Part shown: one piece after another, positions 38,072 to 49,161 of the stretch | Layout: each line of letters opens with the position of its first letter | Position numbering within the stretch: position 1 is the stretch's first letter | Source: Vulcanimicrobiota bacterium | GTDB lineage: Bacteria > Vulcanimicrobiota > SpSt-956 > JAKJGF01 | Direction: 5' to 3' | Assembly: GCA_040217695.1 (NCBI GenBank) | Contig: JBEHWO010000003.1 | Location: 3,948 to 67,947 of the forward strand | DNA length: 64,000 nucleotides | The notes under the pieces: model-generated | Told to the model about the DNA's origin: nothing | The model's input: the letters and a program-made list of their open reading frames with translations, nothing else | The model's database searches: none | Translations under genes and position numbers: made by a program

Positions 38072-39112
38072 ATGGCAAAAAAAATAAAAAAGAAGGACAG
38101 TACAAAAGAGAAAGAAAGAGAAGAGAATAAGGAGAGAGACAAGAAAACAGAGGAGAGCAAGAAGGAAAAGAAAACAGAGGAGATCAGGAAGGAAAAAAAA
38201 ACAGACGAGGATAAGAAAGAAAAGAAAATAGACGAGGATAAGAAAGAAAAGAAAATATACGAGGATAAGAAAGAAAAAGGAAAGAAAAAAGAGGAAGAGA
38301 AGAAAGAGAGTGGGAAAGATAAGACTGGCCGGGAAGAAAAAAAGAAAGAGAAAAAAGAAAAAATAAAAGGGGGAAAAGTAAAAAAAGACGAAGATGAATT
38401 TGAATTTGATGATATAGGTGTGGAAGATGAATTTGAATTTGATGATACAGGTATTGAAGATGGCGAAGGTGAAGAAGATGAATATTTAGATGACGAAGAC
38501 GAAAATATATATGATGAAGATATGGAAGTAGAAGAAGAGGAAGAAGAGGAAGAAGAGGAAGAAGAGGAAGAAGAGGAAGAAGAGGAAGAAGAGGAAGAAG
38601 AGGAAGAAGAGGAAGAAGAGGAATATGAAGGCGACGACGAATATGAAGGCGACGACGAATATGAAGGCGACGACGAATATGAAGACGACGATGAATATGA
38701 AGACGACGACGAATATGAAGATGACGACGAATATGAAGATGACTACGATGAACTAACTTCTGCACAAAAAGCTTTTGTACCGGGAAGATTTTCCATGTCG
38801 GATGATGATATAGAAAAAATTGTAGCTAAAATTGGCTCTGTAAAACAGGATGGGAAACAGGGGCTGAAAACCAGAGAGAGTATAAATGAAATGGCCTATT
38901 CTCATAGCCTTGAATTAATAAAAGTACTCATACCGGCAGCAAATCTGGATAAGAAAAAGCCTTTCCCTGATTATCTTATATGGCTTTATGAAAATCTGGC
39001 AGCCAGACTGGCTGAAGTATTTGAAAAAGCAAAGCCGGAAAAACGTGATCCTCCTGAAGTTGTTAAAGGTTTTGAAGCTCTGGTAAGTGATTTTAAAGGT
39101 AAAAAAGAATAG
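38072..39112 (+). CDS. Highly charged low-complexity protein (K/E-rich N-terminus, poly-Glu/Asp middle, folded C-terminus)
   Basis: GGAG RBS; open 346-aa frame through purine-rich repeats. Confidence 0.75.
   Translation: MAKKIKKKDSTKEKEREENKERDKKTEESKKEKKTEEIRKEKKTDEDKKEKKIDEDKKEKKIYEDKKEKGKKKEEEKKESGKDKTGREEKKKEKKEKIKGGKVKKDEDEFEFDDIGVEDEFEFDDTGIEDGEGEEDEYLDDEDENIYDEDMEVEEEEEEEEEEEEEEEEEEEEEEEEEEEEEEEYEGDDEYEGDDEYEGDDEYEDDDEYEDDDEYEDDDEYEDDYDELTSAQKAFVPGRFSMSDDDIEKIVAKIGSVKQDGKQGLKTRESINEMAYSHSLELIKVLIPAANLDKKKPFPDYLIWLYENLAARLAEVFEKAKPEKRDPPEVVKGFEALVSDFKGKKE
38531..38746 (+). repeat. (GAAGAAGAG)x10 followed by about 7 copies of an 18-bp unit (EYEGDD/EYEDDD)
   Basis: Read directly; encodes 31 consecutive Glu. 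Confidence 0.92.
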
Positions 39113-39252
39113 TGAGCCATGATTGTGTTTAAAAATAACAGGTGATTTTACATATACCATGGAAGAGGAAATTTATTATAGAAGATTTTTTGAAGAGAGT
39201 GTCATAGATTTTATTTAAATTTCTCTTTACATTCTCTTTTTGAAATTATCAG

Positions 39253-39305
39253 AGTGAACAGTGAATGGTGAATAGAATATGATATTACTTACCATTCACT
39301 GTTCA
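39253..39305. repeat. GTGAACA/GTGAATG heptamer hairpin
   Basis: agtgaacagtgaatggtgaata...accattcactgttca. Confidence 0.7.
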
Positions 39306-39410
39306 TTATTGACCTGAGCATAAGCATGTAATAAAGGTCTTGCTCCCGTCACACGTTACGCGTTACGCTTCACGAGAGCAGTTATGTATTATTTATACTC
39401 ATCTCAGTAA
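39306..39410 (-). mobile_element. MITE-like element (23357 family), reverse orientation
   Basis: TTATTGACCTGAGCATAAGCATGTAATAAA...core...TTTATACTCATCTCAGTAA. Confidence 0.72.
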
Positions 39411-39698
39411 TTAGAGACTTATATGAAATTAATTGTAATTTCCAGCATAAATGGAGCTATGTGTCGCAAAAAAACACAATCAAATATATTGAAATTATAT
39501 AGTTTTCTGATATAATAATTTTATAATAATTTTTGTTAAAATTATAAGCCAGGTTGATAGGATTATAAAAATAAAATCGACTGCAACTTATGTGGTTTTA
39601 CACATAGTCGCAATGTCGGATAAGAACCGTGAGGTTAACGTTGTATTTTATGCGGATTTTAATGGTCTGTGTAAATATAAATCAACTTATATGCAATT

Positions 39699-40103
39699 AT
39701 GAGGTTTCTCATTGTAGATGACGAGATTACGAGCAGAAAAATTTTACAGAAAAGTCTTAAACCCTATGGTTCCTGTGACTTTGCTGTCAATGGTGCTGAA
39801 GCAATTACCTTTTTTAAGAAAGCTCTTGAAGAGGAATGTCCCTATGACTTGATCTGTATGGATATTATGATGCCCAATATAGATGGACAGCAGGCAGTAA
39901 AAGAAATCAGGAAGTTAGAAAAAGAGAAAGGTATAAAACCGAAAAAAGAAGTGAAAATCATTATGGTAACAGCCCTGGGAGACCCGAAGAATGCTGTAGA
40001 AGCTTTTTATCATGGCAAAGCCACTTCTTATCTGGTAAAACCTATAAGTGTAGAAAAACTTCTTGGAGAAGTAAAAAAATTCGGATTAATACCTGAAGCA
40101 TAA
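39699..40103 (+). CDS. Single-domain CheY-like response regulator
   Basis: LIVDDE, MDIMMP, VTA, YLVKP. Confidence 0.9.
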   Translation: MRFLIVDDEITSRKILQKSLKPYGSCDFAVNGAEAITFFKKALEEECPYDLICMDIMMPNIDGQQAVKEIRKLEKEKGIKPKKEVKIIMVTALGDPKNAVEAFYHGKATSYLVKPISVEKLLGEVKKFGLIPEA

Positions 40104-40196
40104 TTTGGTTAACAGGTATTTTATAGTGTTTATGTGCGGGGATGTTTTGAAGAAAACGTCTCTTGATTATGTACACAGTAATTTTTCAGATGCTGA

Positions 40197-40376
40197 CAGT
40201 GCTGAATACGACACCTGATAATCTGTGAACCTGTCTCCTCCCGTCACGCGTCACGATTGTAAATATGATATGGTTATTTTTTACAAACACCGAGTAATGC
40301 CAACGATAAATACGACACCTGATAATCTTTGATTTTGTCTCCTCCCGTCACGCGTTACGCGTTACGCTTCACGATA
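40197..40376 (+). repeat. Tandem dimer of heptamer-core composite repeat
   Basis: Inverted counterpart of 35997-36222 including the GAGTAATGCCA junction. Confidence 0.8.
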
Positions 40377-40416
40377 TATAAGATTCTGGTTACTAATTTA
40401 TCTGTTACGGTACTAA

Positions 40417-40525
40417 GGGACTGTAAGAAAATAACTCTGGCAAATTATGGTTTTTTTCCTCCCGTCACGCGTTACGCGTTACGCGTCACGATTGTAAATA
40501 TGATAAGGTTATTTTTTACAACCCC
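40417..40525 (+). mobile_element. MITE-like element GGGACTGTAAGAAAATAAC...GTTATTTTTTACAACCCC with heptamer core
   Basis: Imperfect terminal inverted repeats; core CGTCACGCGTTACGCGTTACGCGTCACG. Confidence 0.75.
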
Positions 40526-40534
40526 TAAGTGTGA

Positions 40535-42112
<1,578 letters not shown>

Positions 42113-42116
<4 letters not shown>

Positions 42117-43000
42117 TCTAATTTCCTGTAGATTGTCGGTGCCACCTGAACCAGCGGTATGCTGAGCCCATGAAGTGTTTCAGAATGGCCCATAAAGAGA
42201 TATCCTCCGAAGGTAAGTTGTTTGTAAAATTTATTTAACAGTCTTTCCTGAGTTGCTCTGTCAAAATAAATTATTACATTACGACAGAATATTATTTCCA
42301 TAGGTTCCTGTATGCCAAAATTACTGTCCATAAGATTGAGTCTTCGAAAGTTAATGAGAGTTCTTAATTCAGGAACAATTCTTACAAATTTTTTATTTTT
42401 ATCTTTATTTTTCATCATATATTTATGTTTTAATAGAACAGGTATTCCTTCTATTTTTTCCATATCATAAATACCTTTTGCAGCCTTTTGAAGCACTTCC
42501 GTAGATATGTCGGTTGCAAGAATCGTAAAATTAAATCCGCTGTATTTTTCTCCGAATTCACTCAAAACGATTGCCATGGTATAAGGTTCTTCTCCCGTAG
42601 AACATCCTGCGCTCCAGACCCTGATTCTTCTGTGTATACCATGTACTGAAGAATTAAGTAATTCAGGCACTGCAGTCTGGGTTAAATAATCAAAATGGGC
42701 AGGTTCACGGAAAAAATCTGTTTTATTGGTAGTAATAACGTCGATCATATGAATAAGTTCAGTCTCGATTCCATGAGGGCTGAATATGTAGTCACAGTAT
42801 TCACTGAATGAAGCTATAGAAAGTACTTTCAGTCTTTTCCTTATACGGGCTTCAAGCATGATCTTTTTGTTTGGCGGAAGTTTGATACCTACTTCATTGT
42901 AGATAAAATCACTCAGAATTCTGTAATTCCTCGTAGACATAGATGTTGAATATAAATCGCCTGATTGTCTTTTTGTATCTTTATCCATAAATATATTCAC
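42113..43000 (-). CDS. cheR: Chemotaxis methyltransferase CheR
   Basis: TTNKTDFFRE, WSAGCSTGEEPY, IFCRNVIIYFD, GHSE. Confidence 0.97.
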
Positions 43001-43080
43001 CTGCTAAAGAATGATATTATTATTCTACCTTATCTGATAATATTCTTCAATATCTATATGGAATTTAGTACGAGTGAAAG

Positions 43081-43168
43081 TTACCGGGGTGAGCATAAAT
43101 AATACATATAAGCTCTCGTAACGCATGACGGGAGGAATGATTTTATGACTTGTTTCTCAGGTCAGTAA
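43081..43168 (+). mobile_element. MITE-like element (23357 family), decayed
   Basis: TTACCGGGGTGAGCATAAATAATACATAT...CTCAGGTCAGTAA. Confidence 0.68.
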
Positions 43169-43350
43169 ATAAAAATTTTCATGAAGGATAAATTTGTCCG
43201 ATGATGAAATAATAATAAGGTCAGTATTTTTTTGTAATTTATTCTTCCCATGCTTTATGAGGGGATGAGTATTTACGGATTTATTATGAATTTTTTTAAA
43301 GGAGGGGAATAGTCAGGGATTTTTTTTAGAAAATTTCCTGATACCTGTTT

Positions 43351-44274
43351 ATGAAAGTAATTATATGTGATCCTATCGACAAAGAATCTTTAGGTAAATT
43401 ACAGGCCCATAAGGGATTGGAAGTAGATGAGAAGACCGGCCTTGCACCTGATGAACTGTTGAAAATCACAGGTGATTATCATGCTATGGTTGTAAGAAGT
43501 GCTACAAAGGTTACTGCAGATGTAATTAAAGCAGCGAAAAATCTCAAACTGGTAGTAAGAGGCGGTGTGGGTGTTGATAATATAGATGTAAAATGTGCGG
43601 AAGCAGCAGGCATCAAAGTGGCAAATACCCCCAATGCCAGTTCCATATCAGTAGCGGAAATGGCAATAGCCATGATGTTTGGACTGGCGAAAAAATTGAC
43701 CTATCTTGATTCTTCAATGAAAAATGGCAAATGGGTTAAAAAGGGTTATAAAGCAATGGAACTCTGCGGGAAAACTGTCGGTATTATCGGTATGGGAAGA
43801 ATAGGTCAGGAAGTGGCAAGAAGGGCTCTCGGTCTCGGCATGCATGTACATTTTCAGGATGTCAGATCTATTCTTACTTTTGATCCTACAGGTATGGGGA
43901 CAGAACAGCATCCAATGAAGGTTATACTTGAAGAATCAGATTTTATAACACTTCATACTCCTTTTATAAAAGAACATGGTCCAATACTCAAAGCAGAACA
44001 TTTTGAGAAAATGAAAGACGGAGTTTTTATTATAAATTGTGCCAGAGGCGGAGTCGTTGATGAAAAAGCCCTCCTGGATGCACTGAAATCAGGAAAAGTA
44101 GCAGGAGCAGGTATTGATGTGTTCGAAACAGAACCTGCCTTCAGGGAAGAATTTAAAGAACTTGAAAATGTAATTCTCACCCCCCATGTAGCTGCTTCCA
44201 CAAAAGAAGGTCAGGCAAGAGTCGGCAGTGAAGTTGCAAAGATAATTATAGATTTTTATGAAGCAACCAAATAA
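43351..44274 (+). CDS. serA: D-3-phosphoglycerate dehydrogenase (short form)
   Basis: VRSATKV, GVGVDNID, GMGRIG, NCARGG, DVFETEP, LTPHVAAST; DUF1015 synteny. Confidence 0.88.
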   Translation: MKVIICDPIDKESLGKLQAHKGLEVDEKTGLAPDELLKITGDYHAMVVRSATKVTADVIKAAKNLKLVVRGGVGVDNIDVKCAEAAGIKVANTPNASSISVAEMAIAMMFGLAKKLTYLDSSMKNGKWVKKGYKAMELCGKTVGIIGMGRIGQEVARRALGLGMHVHFQDVRSILTFDPTGMGTEQHPMKVILEESDFITLHTPFIKEHGPILKAEHFEKMKDGVFIINCARGGVVDEKALLDALKSGKVAGAGIDVFETEPAFREEFKELENVILTPHVAASTKEGQARVGSEVAKIIIDFYEATK

Positions 44275-44323
44275 GTGAGTAGTGAATAGTGAGTAGTGAG
44301 TAGAAGTAATCACTACTCACTTT
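44272..44323. repeat. GTGAGTA/GTGAATA heptamer hairpin directly after serA stop
   Basis: taagtgagtagtgaatagtgagtagtgagtag...tcactactcactt. Confidence 0.8.
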
Positions 44324-44355
44324 CATTATAAATAGTTGCTTTCGAGCATTATACC

Positions 44356-44379
44356 CGCGTCACGCGTCACGCGTCACGA
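44356..44379 (+). repeat. (GCGTCAC)x3 array before RBS
   Basis: cgcgtcacgcgtcacgcgtcacga then AAGGAGG. Confidence 0.8.
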
Positions 44380-44397
44380 TTTAAAGGAGGCTTATAT

Positions 44398-45657
44398 ATG
44401 TCCGTAGTAAAACCTTTCAGAGGTGTCAGACCTGCAAAAGGTCTGGAAGAAAAAGTGGCAGCAGTGCCATATGATGTAGTAAATTTTGAAGAAGCCAGGG
44501 AAATAGCTTCACCCAATCCCTGCAGTTTCCTTCATATAGAGAAATCCGAGATAGACCTTGATCCGGGACTTCATATGCATGACAGGAAGATCTTTGAAAA
44601 GGCAAAAGAAAATCTCAAGAAGTTTATTGCAGAAGGCACTATGATAAGAGATGAAAAGAAATGTTATTATATATACCGTCAGATTATGCCCGTAGGCGAT
44701 AAACTTCATTCTCAGACAGGTCTTCTGGCAGGAGCATCTGTGAAAGAATATGAAGAAGATCTCATAAAAAAGCATGAACATACCAGGAAAGATAAAGAAG
44801 AAGAAAGAACCCTTCATGTAGATACGGCAAATGCAAATACAGGCCCTGTTTTTCTTGCCTATAAACAGAGGAAATCCATAGATGATATAGTTGAGAATAT
44901 AACCGGCCAGAATCCTGATTATGATTTTACCGCTACAGACGGTATAAGACATACTCTCTGGGTCGTATCAGATGAGGTAACAATCAATAACATTGCAGAA
45001 GAATTTAAGAAGATAGATTGCCTCTACGTGGCAGACGGGCATCACCGTTCCGCTGCCGCTACAAGGGTGGCCCGGAGAAGAAAGGGAGAAAACCCGCACC
45101 ATACAGGGGAAGAGGAATATAATTTCTTCCTTTCCGTTATATTCCCTGCAAATCAGCTTTATATAATGGACTATAACCGTGCCGTGAAAAACCTTGCAGG
45201 TAATACGCCTGACGGGTTTATGGAGAAAATTGCCGAAAAATTTGATATAGAAAAAATTGGAAAAGACCCTTATAAACCGGAGTCATTACATACATTCGGC
45301 ATGTATCTGGAAGGTTCATGGTTTAAACTTTCTGCAAAGAAAGGCACCTATCCGGAAGAAGATCCTGTTGCCTCTCTGGATGTTGCCATATTGCAGGAAA
45401 ATCTCCTGGAACCGATTTTAGGCATTAAAAACCCCAGAGAAGATAAGAATATAGATTTCATAGGTGGCATGAGGGGACTTAAAGAACTGGTGAAACTTGT
45501 AGACAGCGGTAAGTTTAAAGTAGCTTTCGCCATGTACCCCACTTCTATGGAACAGCTTATGAATGTAGCTGATCAGGGTAAAGTTATGCCACCTAAATCT
45601 ACATGGTTCGAACCGAAACTCAGAAGTGGCATGGTTGTCCATCTGTTAGAAGATTAA
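44398..45657 (+). CDS. DUF1015 family protein
   Basis: PYDV, KKHEHT, YVADGHHR, MPPKSTWFEPK. Confidence 0.93.
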   Translation: MSVVKPFRGVRPAKGLEEKVAAVPYDVVNFEEAREIASPNPCSFLHIEKSEIDLDPGLHMHDRKIFEKAKENLKKFIAEGTMIRDEKKCYYIYRQIMPVGDKLHSQTGLLAGASVKEYEEDLIKKHEHTRKDKEEERTLHVDTANANTGPVFLAYKQRKSIDDIVENITGQNPDYDFTATDGIRHTLWVVSDEVTINNIAEEFKKIDCLYVADGHHRSAAATRVARRRKGENPHHTGEEEYNFFLSVIFPANQLYIMDYNRAVKNLAGNTPDGFMEKIAEKFDIEKIGKDPYKPESLHTFGMYLEGSWFKLSAKKGTYPEEDPVASLDVAILQENLLEPILGIKNPREDKNIDFIGGMRGLKELVKLVDSGKFKVAFAMYPTSMEQLMNVADQGKVMPPKSTWFEPKLRSGMVVHLLED

Positions 45658-45721
45658 TAGTGAAAAGTGAAAAGTGAAAAAATTAGATTTTACTTACTTT
45701 TCACTTTTCACCACTCACTAT
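45658..45721. repeat. (GTGAAAA)x3 / TTTTCAC heptamer hairpin after DUF1015 stop, possible terminator
   Basis: tagtgaaaagtgaaaagtgaaaa...cttttcacttttcaccactcacta. Confidence 0.78.
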
Positions 45722-45748
45722 TTACTAATTAATAGATTTACAAAATTA

Positions 45749-45858
45749 AGGACTGTAAGAAAAATAACTCTGGCAAATTATTAGAACGATTAGTATCCTC
45801 GCGTCACGCGTTGCGCGTCACGATATAAACTGTAAATATCATGTAGTTATTTCCTGAA
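45749..45858 (+). repeat. GGACTGTAAGAAAAATAAC family element with heptamer core
   Basis: Matches 40417-40525 arms. Confidence 0.72.
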
Positions 45859-45862
45859 AATT

Positions 45863-46009
45863 CTTGACAATGTCACATTTAATAAAATAGCAATTAGCAA
45901 ATAGCTGTTAGTTTTCAGTTAATAATTAAAGCTAATCGCTAACAGCTAATAGCTAAAAACTAAAAACTAATAATTATTTTATCAAAGCAGGTAATATGAC
46001 AATGTCAAG
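45863..46009. mobile_element. MITE-like element with CTTGACAATGTCA ends, copy 2
   Basis: 15/17 terminal inverted repeat; close copy of 14890-15029 with different heptamer count. Confidence 0.72.
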
Positions 46010-46178
46010 CTAATTACAATTTCCAGTAAAAGTGAAATTACCTGTCGTAAAAAACACTATCATTTTCTGCTGGTATTTTTGTAGTTTTTATTATGAAAAA
46101 ATAATGATAATGCCGACAAATATATTACAGCAGTTGCTGTAAAGGACTGAAATTTTAATATAAAAAGGAGGAAATGTG

Positions 46179-47219
46179 ATGATTGCTCTTGCTGATACTA
46201 TGAAGAGTGTAGAACTGGAAGTAGTCCTTCCGGATCTCAGAAAAAAAACTAAAGGTCCCGTATCAGATTTTATTACCCACCATTACAGACACTTTAATGC
46301 AGCCTCACTTGTAGATGCTGCCAGAGGGTATGAAAAACACCTGACGGAAGGAGGTAAAATGATGATTACCCTTGCCGGAGCCATGAGCACGGCAGAACTG
46401 GGCGTATCTCTGGCAGAGATGATAAGGCAGGATAAGGTCCATATTATATCCTGCACAGGGGCAAACCTGGAAGAGGATATAATGAACCTCGTAGCTCACA
46501 GCCATTACAAAAGAGTTCCGAATTACCGGGATCTCACACCATGGGAAGAAATGGAGCTTCTCGAACAGGGATTGAACAGGGTTACCGACACATGTATACC
46601 GGAAGAAGAAGCTTTCAGGAAAATACAGAAACATATCTTCAGATTATGGAAAAACGCAGATACAAATGGTATGAGGTTTTTCCCTCATGAATATATGTAC
46701 CGGATGCTTAATAGCGGCGTTTTAAAGGAATATTATGAAATAGACCCGAAAGACAGCTGGATGATTGCTGCTGCAGAAAGGAATATCCCTATTATAGTCG
46801 GAGGATGGGAAGATTCGACTATGGGAAATATCTTTGCATCCTATGTAATCAAGGGTGAATTAAAAGCAGGTACTGTAAAAAGCGGAATAGAGTATATGGT
46901 CTATCTGGCCGATTGGTACAGAAACAATTCTGCCGAAGGCGGAATCGGCTTTTTTCAGCTTGGAGGAGGTATTGCCGGAGATTTCCCGATCTGTGTCGTT
47001 CCTATGATGTATCAGGATCTTGAATGGCATGACGTGCCTTTCTGGTCCTATTTCTGCCAGATCAGTGACAGCACTACATCTTATGGCTCTTACTCGGGTG
47101 CTGTCCCGAATGAAAAAATTACCTGGGGAAAGCTTCATGCAAATACACCTAAATATATCATAGAATCTGATGCAACAATAGTTGCGCCCTTAATTTTTGC
47201 ATATATATTAGGATGGTAA
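46179..47219 (+). CDS. Deoxyhypusine synthase-like protein (possible homospermidine biosynthesis)
   Basis: AGAMST, TGANLEED, NRVTD, GGG, YGSYSGA.PNEKITWGK, SDATI. Confidence 0.9.
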   Translation: MIALADTMKSVELEVVLPDLRKKTKGPVSDFITHHYRHFNAASLVDAARGYEKHLTEGGKMMITLAGAMSTAELGVSLAEMIRQDKVHIISCTGANLEEDIMNLVAHSHYKRVPNYRDLTPWEEMELLEQGLNRVTDTCIPEEEAFRKIQKHIFRLWKNADTNGMRFFPHEYMYRMLNSGVLKEYYEIDPKDSWMIAAAERNIPIIVGGWEDSTMGNIFASYVIKGELKAGTVKSGIEYMVYLADWYRNNSAEGGIGFFQLGGGIAGDFPICVVPMMYQDLEWHDVPFWSYFCQISDSTTSYGSYSGAVPNEKITWGKLHANTPKYIIESDATIVAPLIFAYILGW

Positions 47220-47407
47220 AGAAAATTGAAAACTTTTTTGAAAACCCTTAACCATGTGATTAAAATGAAAAATTATCAACAATTCCTCATATGTCAGAGG
47301 CCTGCTCATATTATTCGACAGGCACTACTTTTCCTCTTGCTCTAAACATTACCACTTTCTGCAAATTTTGAGAATATAATATTTCCAACCAATAAGATTT
47401 AATTAAA

Positions 47408-47547
47408 CAGGAGTTACGCATTAGCTGCCTGTCATCCCCACGAAAGCAGGAATCCATAAGTTTTTTATGATATTTTCAGTGGATTCCCGCGTATGCGGGA
47501 ATGACAAAGGTTTATTGATGTTTTTATCAAAAAATGCGTAACTCCTG
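47408..47547. mobile_element. 140-bp MITE with CAGGAGTTACGCA TIRs, ATTAAA target duplication, REP-like cargo
   Basis: Perfect TIR; 6-bp direct repeats 47402-47407 and 47548-47553; inner GTCATCCCCACG...CGGGAATGAC palindrome. Confidence 0.85.
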
Positions 47548-47719
47548 ATTAAAGGTTTATGCAAAAACACACTCATAATGCCTTTATAGAACAACATAAA
47601 TTTTCTCTATTACATTCGAAAGGACTTACATGTTTTTTATTTTATTTTGTAAAAAATATGTAAGTTTTTTTATATAATCGCGCCGGAAACCCTCGTTCCA
47701 TTGTGGTCGGGGGGATTGA

Positions 47720-48964
47720 CTATTTATGACTTTTCTTCCATTCTTCATATTTTTTATATGTCCCCGGAGCATTCTGTTTCCAGTCACTGAAGGTAGAGGG
47801 ATCATTTTTTTCCATTGCTTCCCACTGCCCCATAGTTCTTTCAAAATTCTGTGCTTTTGTTATATCTTCGCCGGTCATATTATTACCCAATATATCCTCT
47901 GTGCTTTTTCCTTTATATGTCTCCTGATCAAAAGTTACAGTTAGAGGTTTGTTTAAACCGGGATCCATATATTCTATACTGGTATTGGAATTTCCTGATA
48001 TATTTACGTCTCCTACCCATCCGTCATTCCCTTTGCCAATACCCTGGAGGGCACCTGTAACTACAGCATAATTCGGCCCTTTATTCGGTTTGTCTGAACT
48101 ATAGTTTGTAGGCCATGTATCCACATGGAGTCCGTCTACGGTGGTAGTCCAGTGTTTGCCTCCTGTTCGTGACGTTCCGCCTTCATTGAGGTGAAATTTA
48201 ATATCAGAACCGCCGGCAAATCCTCCTTTTGCGCGAAGCATATTTACTGCTTCTGCCATACCGTCTATGTTTACTCCTCCGTCACCCTGGCCGTGAACCT
48301 TTTGAGTAATCTCATACATTACTTTTTGAAGCTGCTCCGTATCTTTTACACTTATTTTCCCTGATGCTAAATGTTTGAGAGCTTCATCCTGTTCCGGTGT
48401 AAGTTTTTTACCTTTATTCAGATCTCCATAGACACTTCTTATGGCTGCGGCATTTTTCTGTGCCGCCTCGGGAGTTTTACCGCTGTCGATTACCATGGCA
48501 CCTGCAAGGGAAGCACCTCCGCACATACCTTCTCCGTCTTTCCCGTTTGTTTTATTTACCTGAGGAGTATTTCTTAAAAGTTCTGTCCGTCTTGCCTTTG
48601 CTTCAGGAGAATTTCCCTGTATATCGACAGGTTTATTTCTGTCCATCGGTGCACTTTCTCTTTCGGCAGTAACTCCTTCTGTTTTCAGTTGAAGGGAATA
48701 TTCCCGATCTGTACCGGAAGTTTGAGACCCTGTTATTTCCTGCGACAGGCTGGACTGAAGTCCTACGAACTCCTTTGACCCTGCAGGATCACTGGACGGT
48801 TTTGCAATTTTATTATCTGCGGAAAAAGAATCATTTACCGGCGTTTGAGGGCTTTCAACCGGTTTCTGCTGTACAGGAGCCTGGTCAGTCTTTTTTTCTC
48901 CTGCTTCTTTATTCTGGCCGGGGCTTACGTACTGGTTTATTTTAGAAGTTATTGTACCTATCAT
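47720..48964 (-). CDS. Hypothetical protein with disordered N-terminus and possible papain-like Cys-His-Asp triad
   Basis: PQ...MCGGASL, KHWTT, VDTWP; GGGAG RBS. Confidence 0.6.
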   Translation of the reverse strand: MIGTITSKINQYVSPGQNKEAGEKKTDQAPVQQKPVESPQTPVNDSFSADNKIAKPSSDPAGSKEFVGLQSSLSQEITGSQTSGTDREYSLQLKTEGVTAERESAPMDRNKPVDIQGNSPEAKARRTELLRNTPQVNKTNGKDGEGMCGGASLAGAMVIDSGKTPEAAQKNAAAIRSVYGDLNKGKKLTPEQDEALKHLASGKISVKDTEQLQKVMYEITQKVHGQGDGGVNIDGMAEAVNMLRAKGGFAGGSDIKFHLNEGGTSRTGGKHWTTTVDGLHVDTWPTNYSSDKPNKGPNYAVVTGALQGIGKGNDGWVGDVNISGNSNTSIEYMDPGLNKPLTVTFDQETYKGKSTEDILGNNMTGEDITKAQNFERTMGQWEAMEKNDPSTFSDWKQNAPGTYKKYEEWKKSHK

Positions 48965-49161
48965 GTTAACCTGTCTCCCTTATTATAAATTTAACGCATA
49001 CCGATATATATATCACGAAAAATAAAAAAAAGTAAAGAGATAATGTAAAATATTACAGATATTAAAAGGCTGATCAATAATTTCAGCCTTTTAATTTTTA
49101 AAATACTTGTAATTCTCATCAGGGTATTATATAATTTTTTGTATTTTTACATAACAGAGGG

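Noticed and set aside
38184-38765. 193-aa antisense ORF with HIRRRL/LLP repeats, and alternate-frame ORFs at 26448-26883
   Set aside because: Shadows of coding tandem repeats
39578-39618. Hairpin upstream of response regulator as riboswitch/ncRNA
   Set aside because: Imperfect single stem with no recognisable family motif
35997-40525. Tandem repeat clusters as a CRISPR array
   Set aside because: Only 2-3 degenerate units, no unique constant-length spacers, no cas genes
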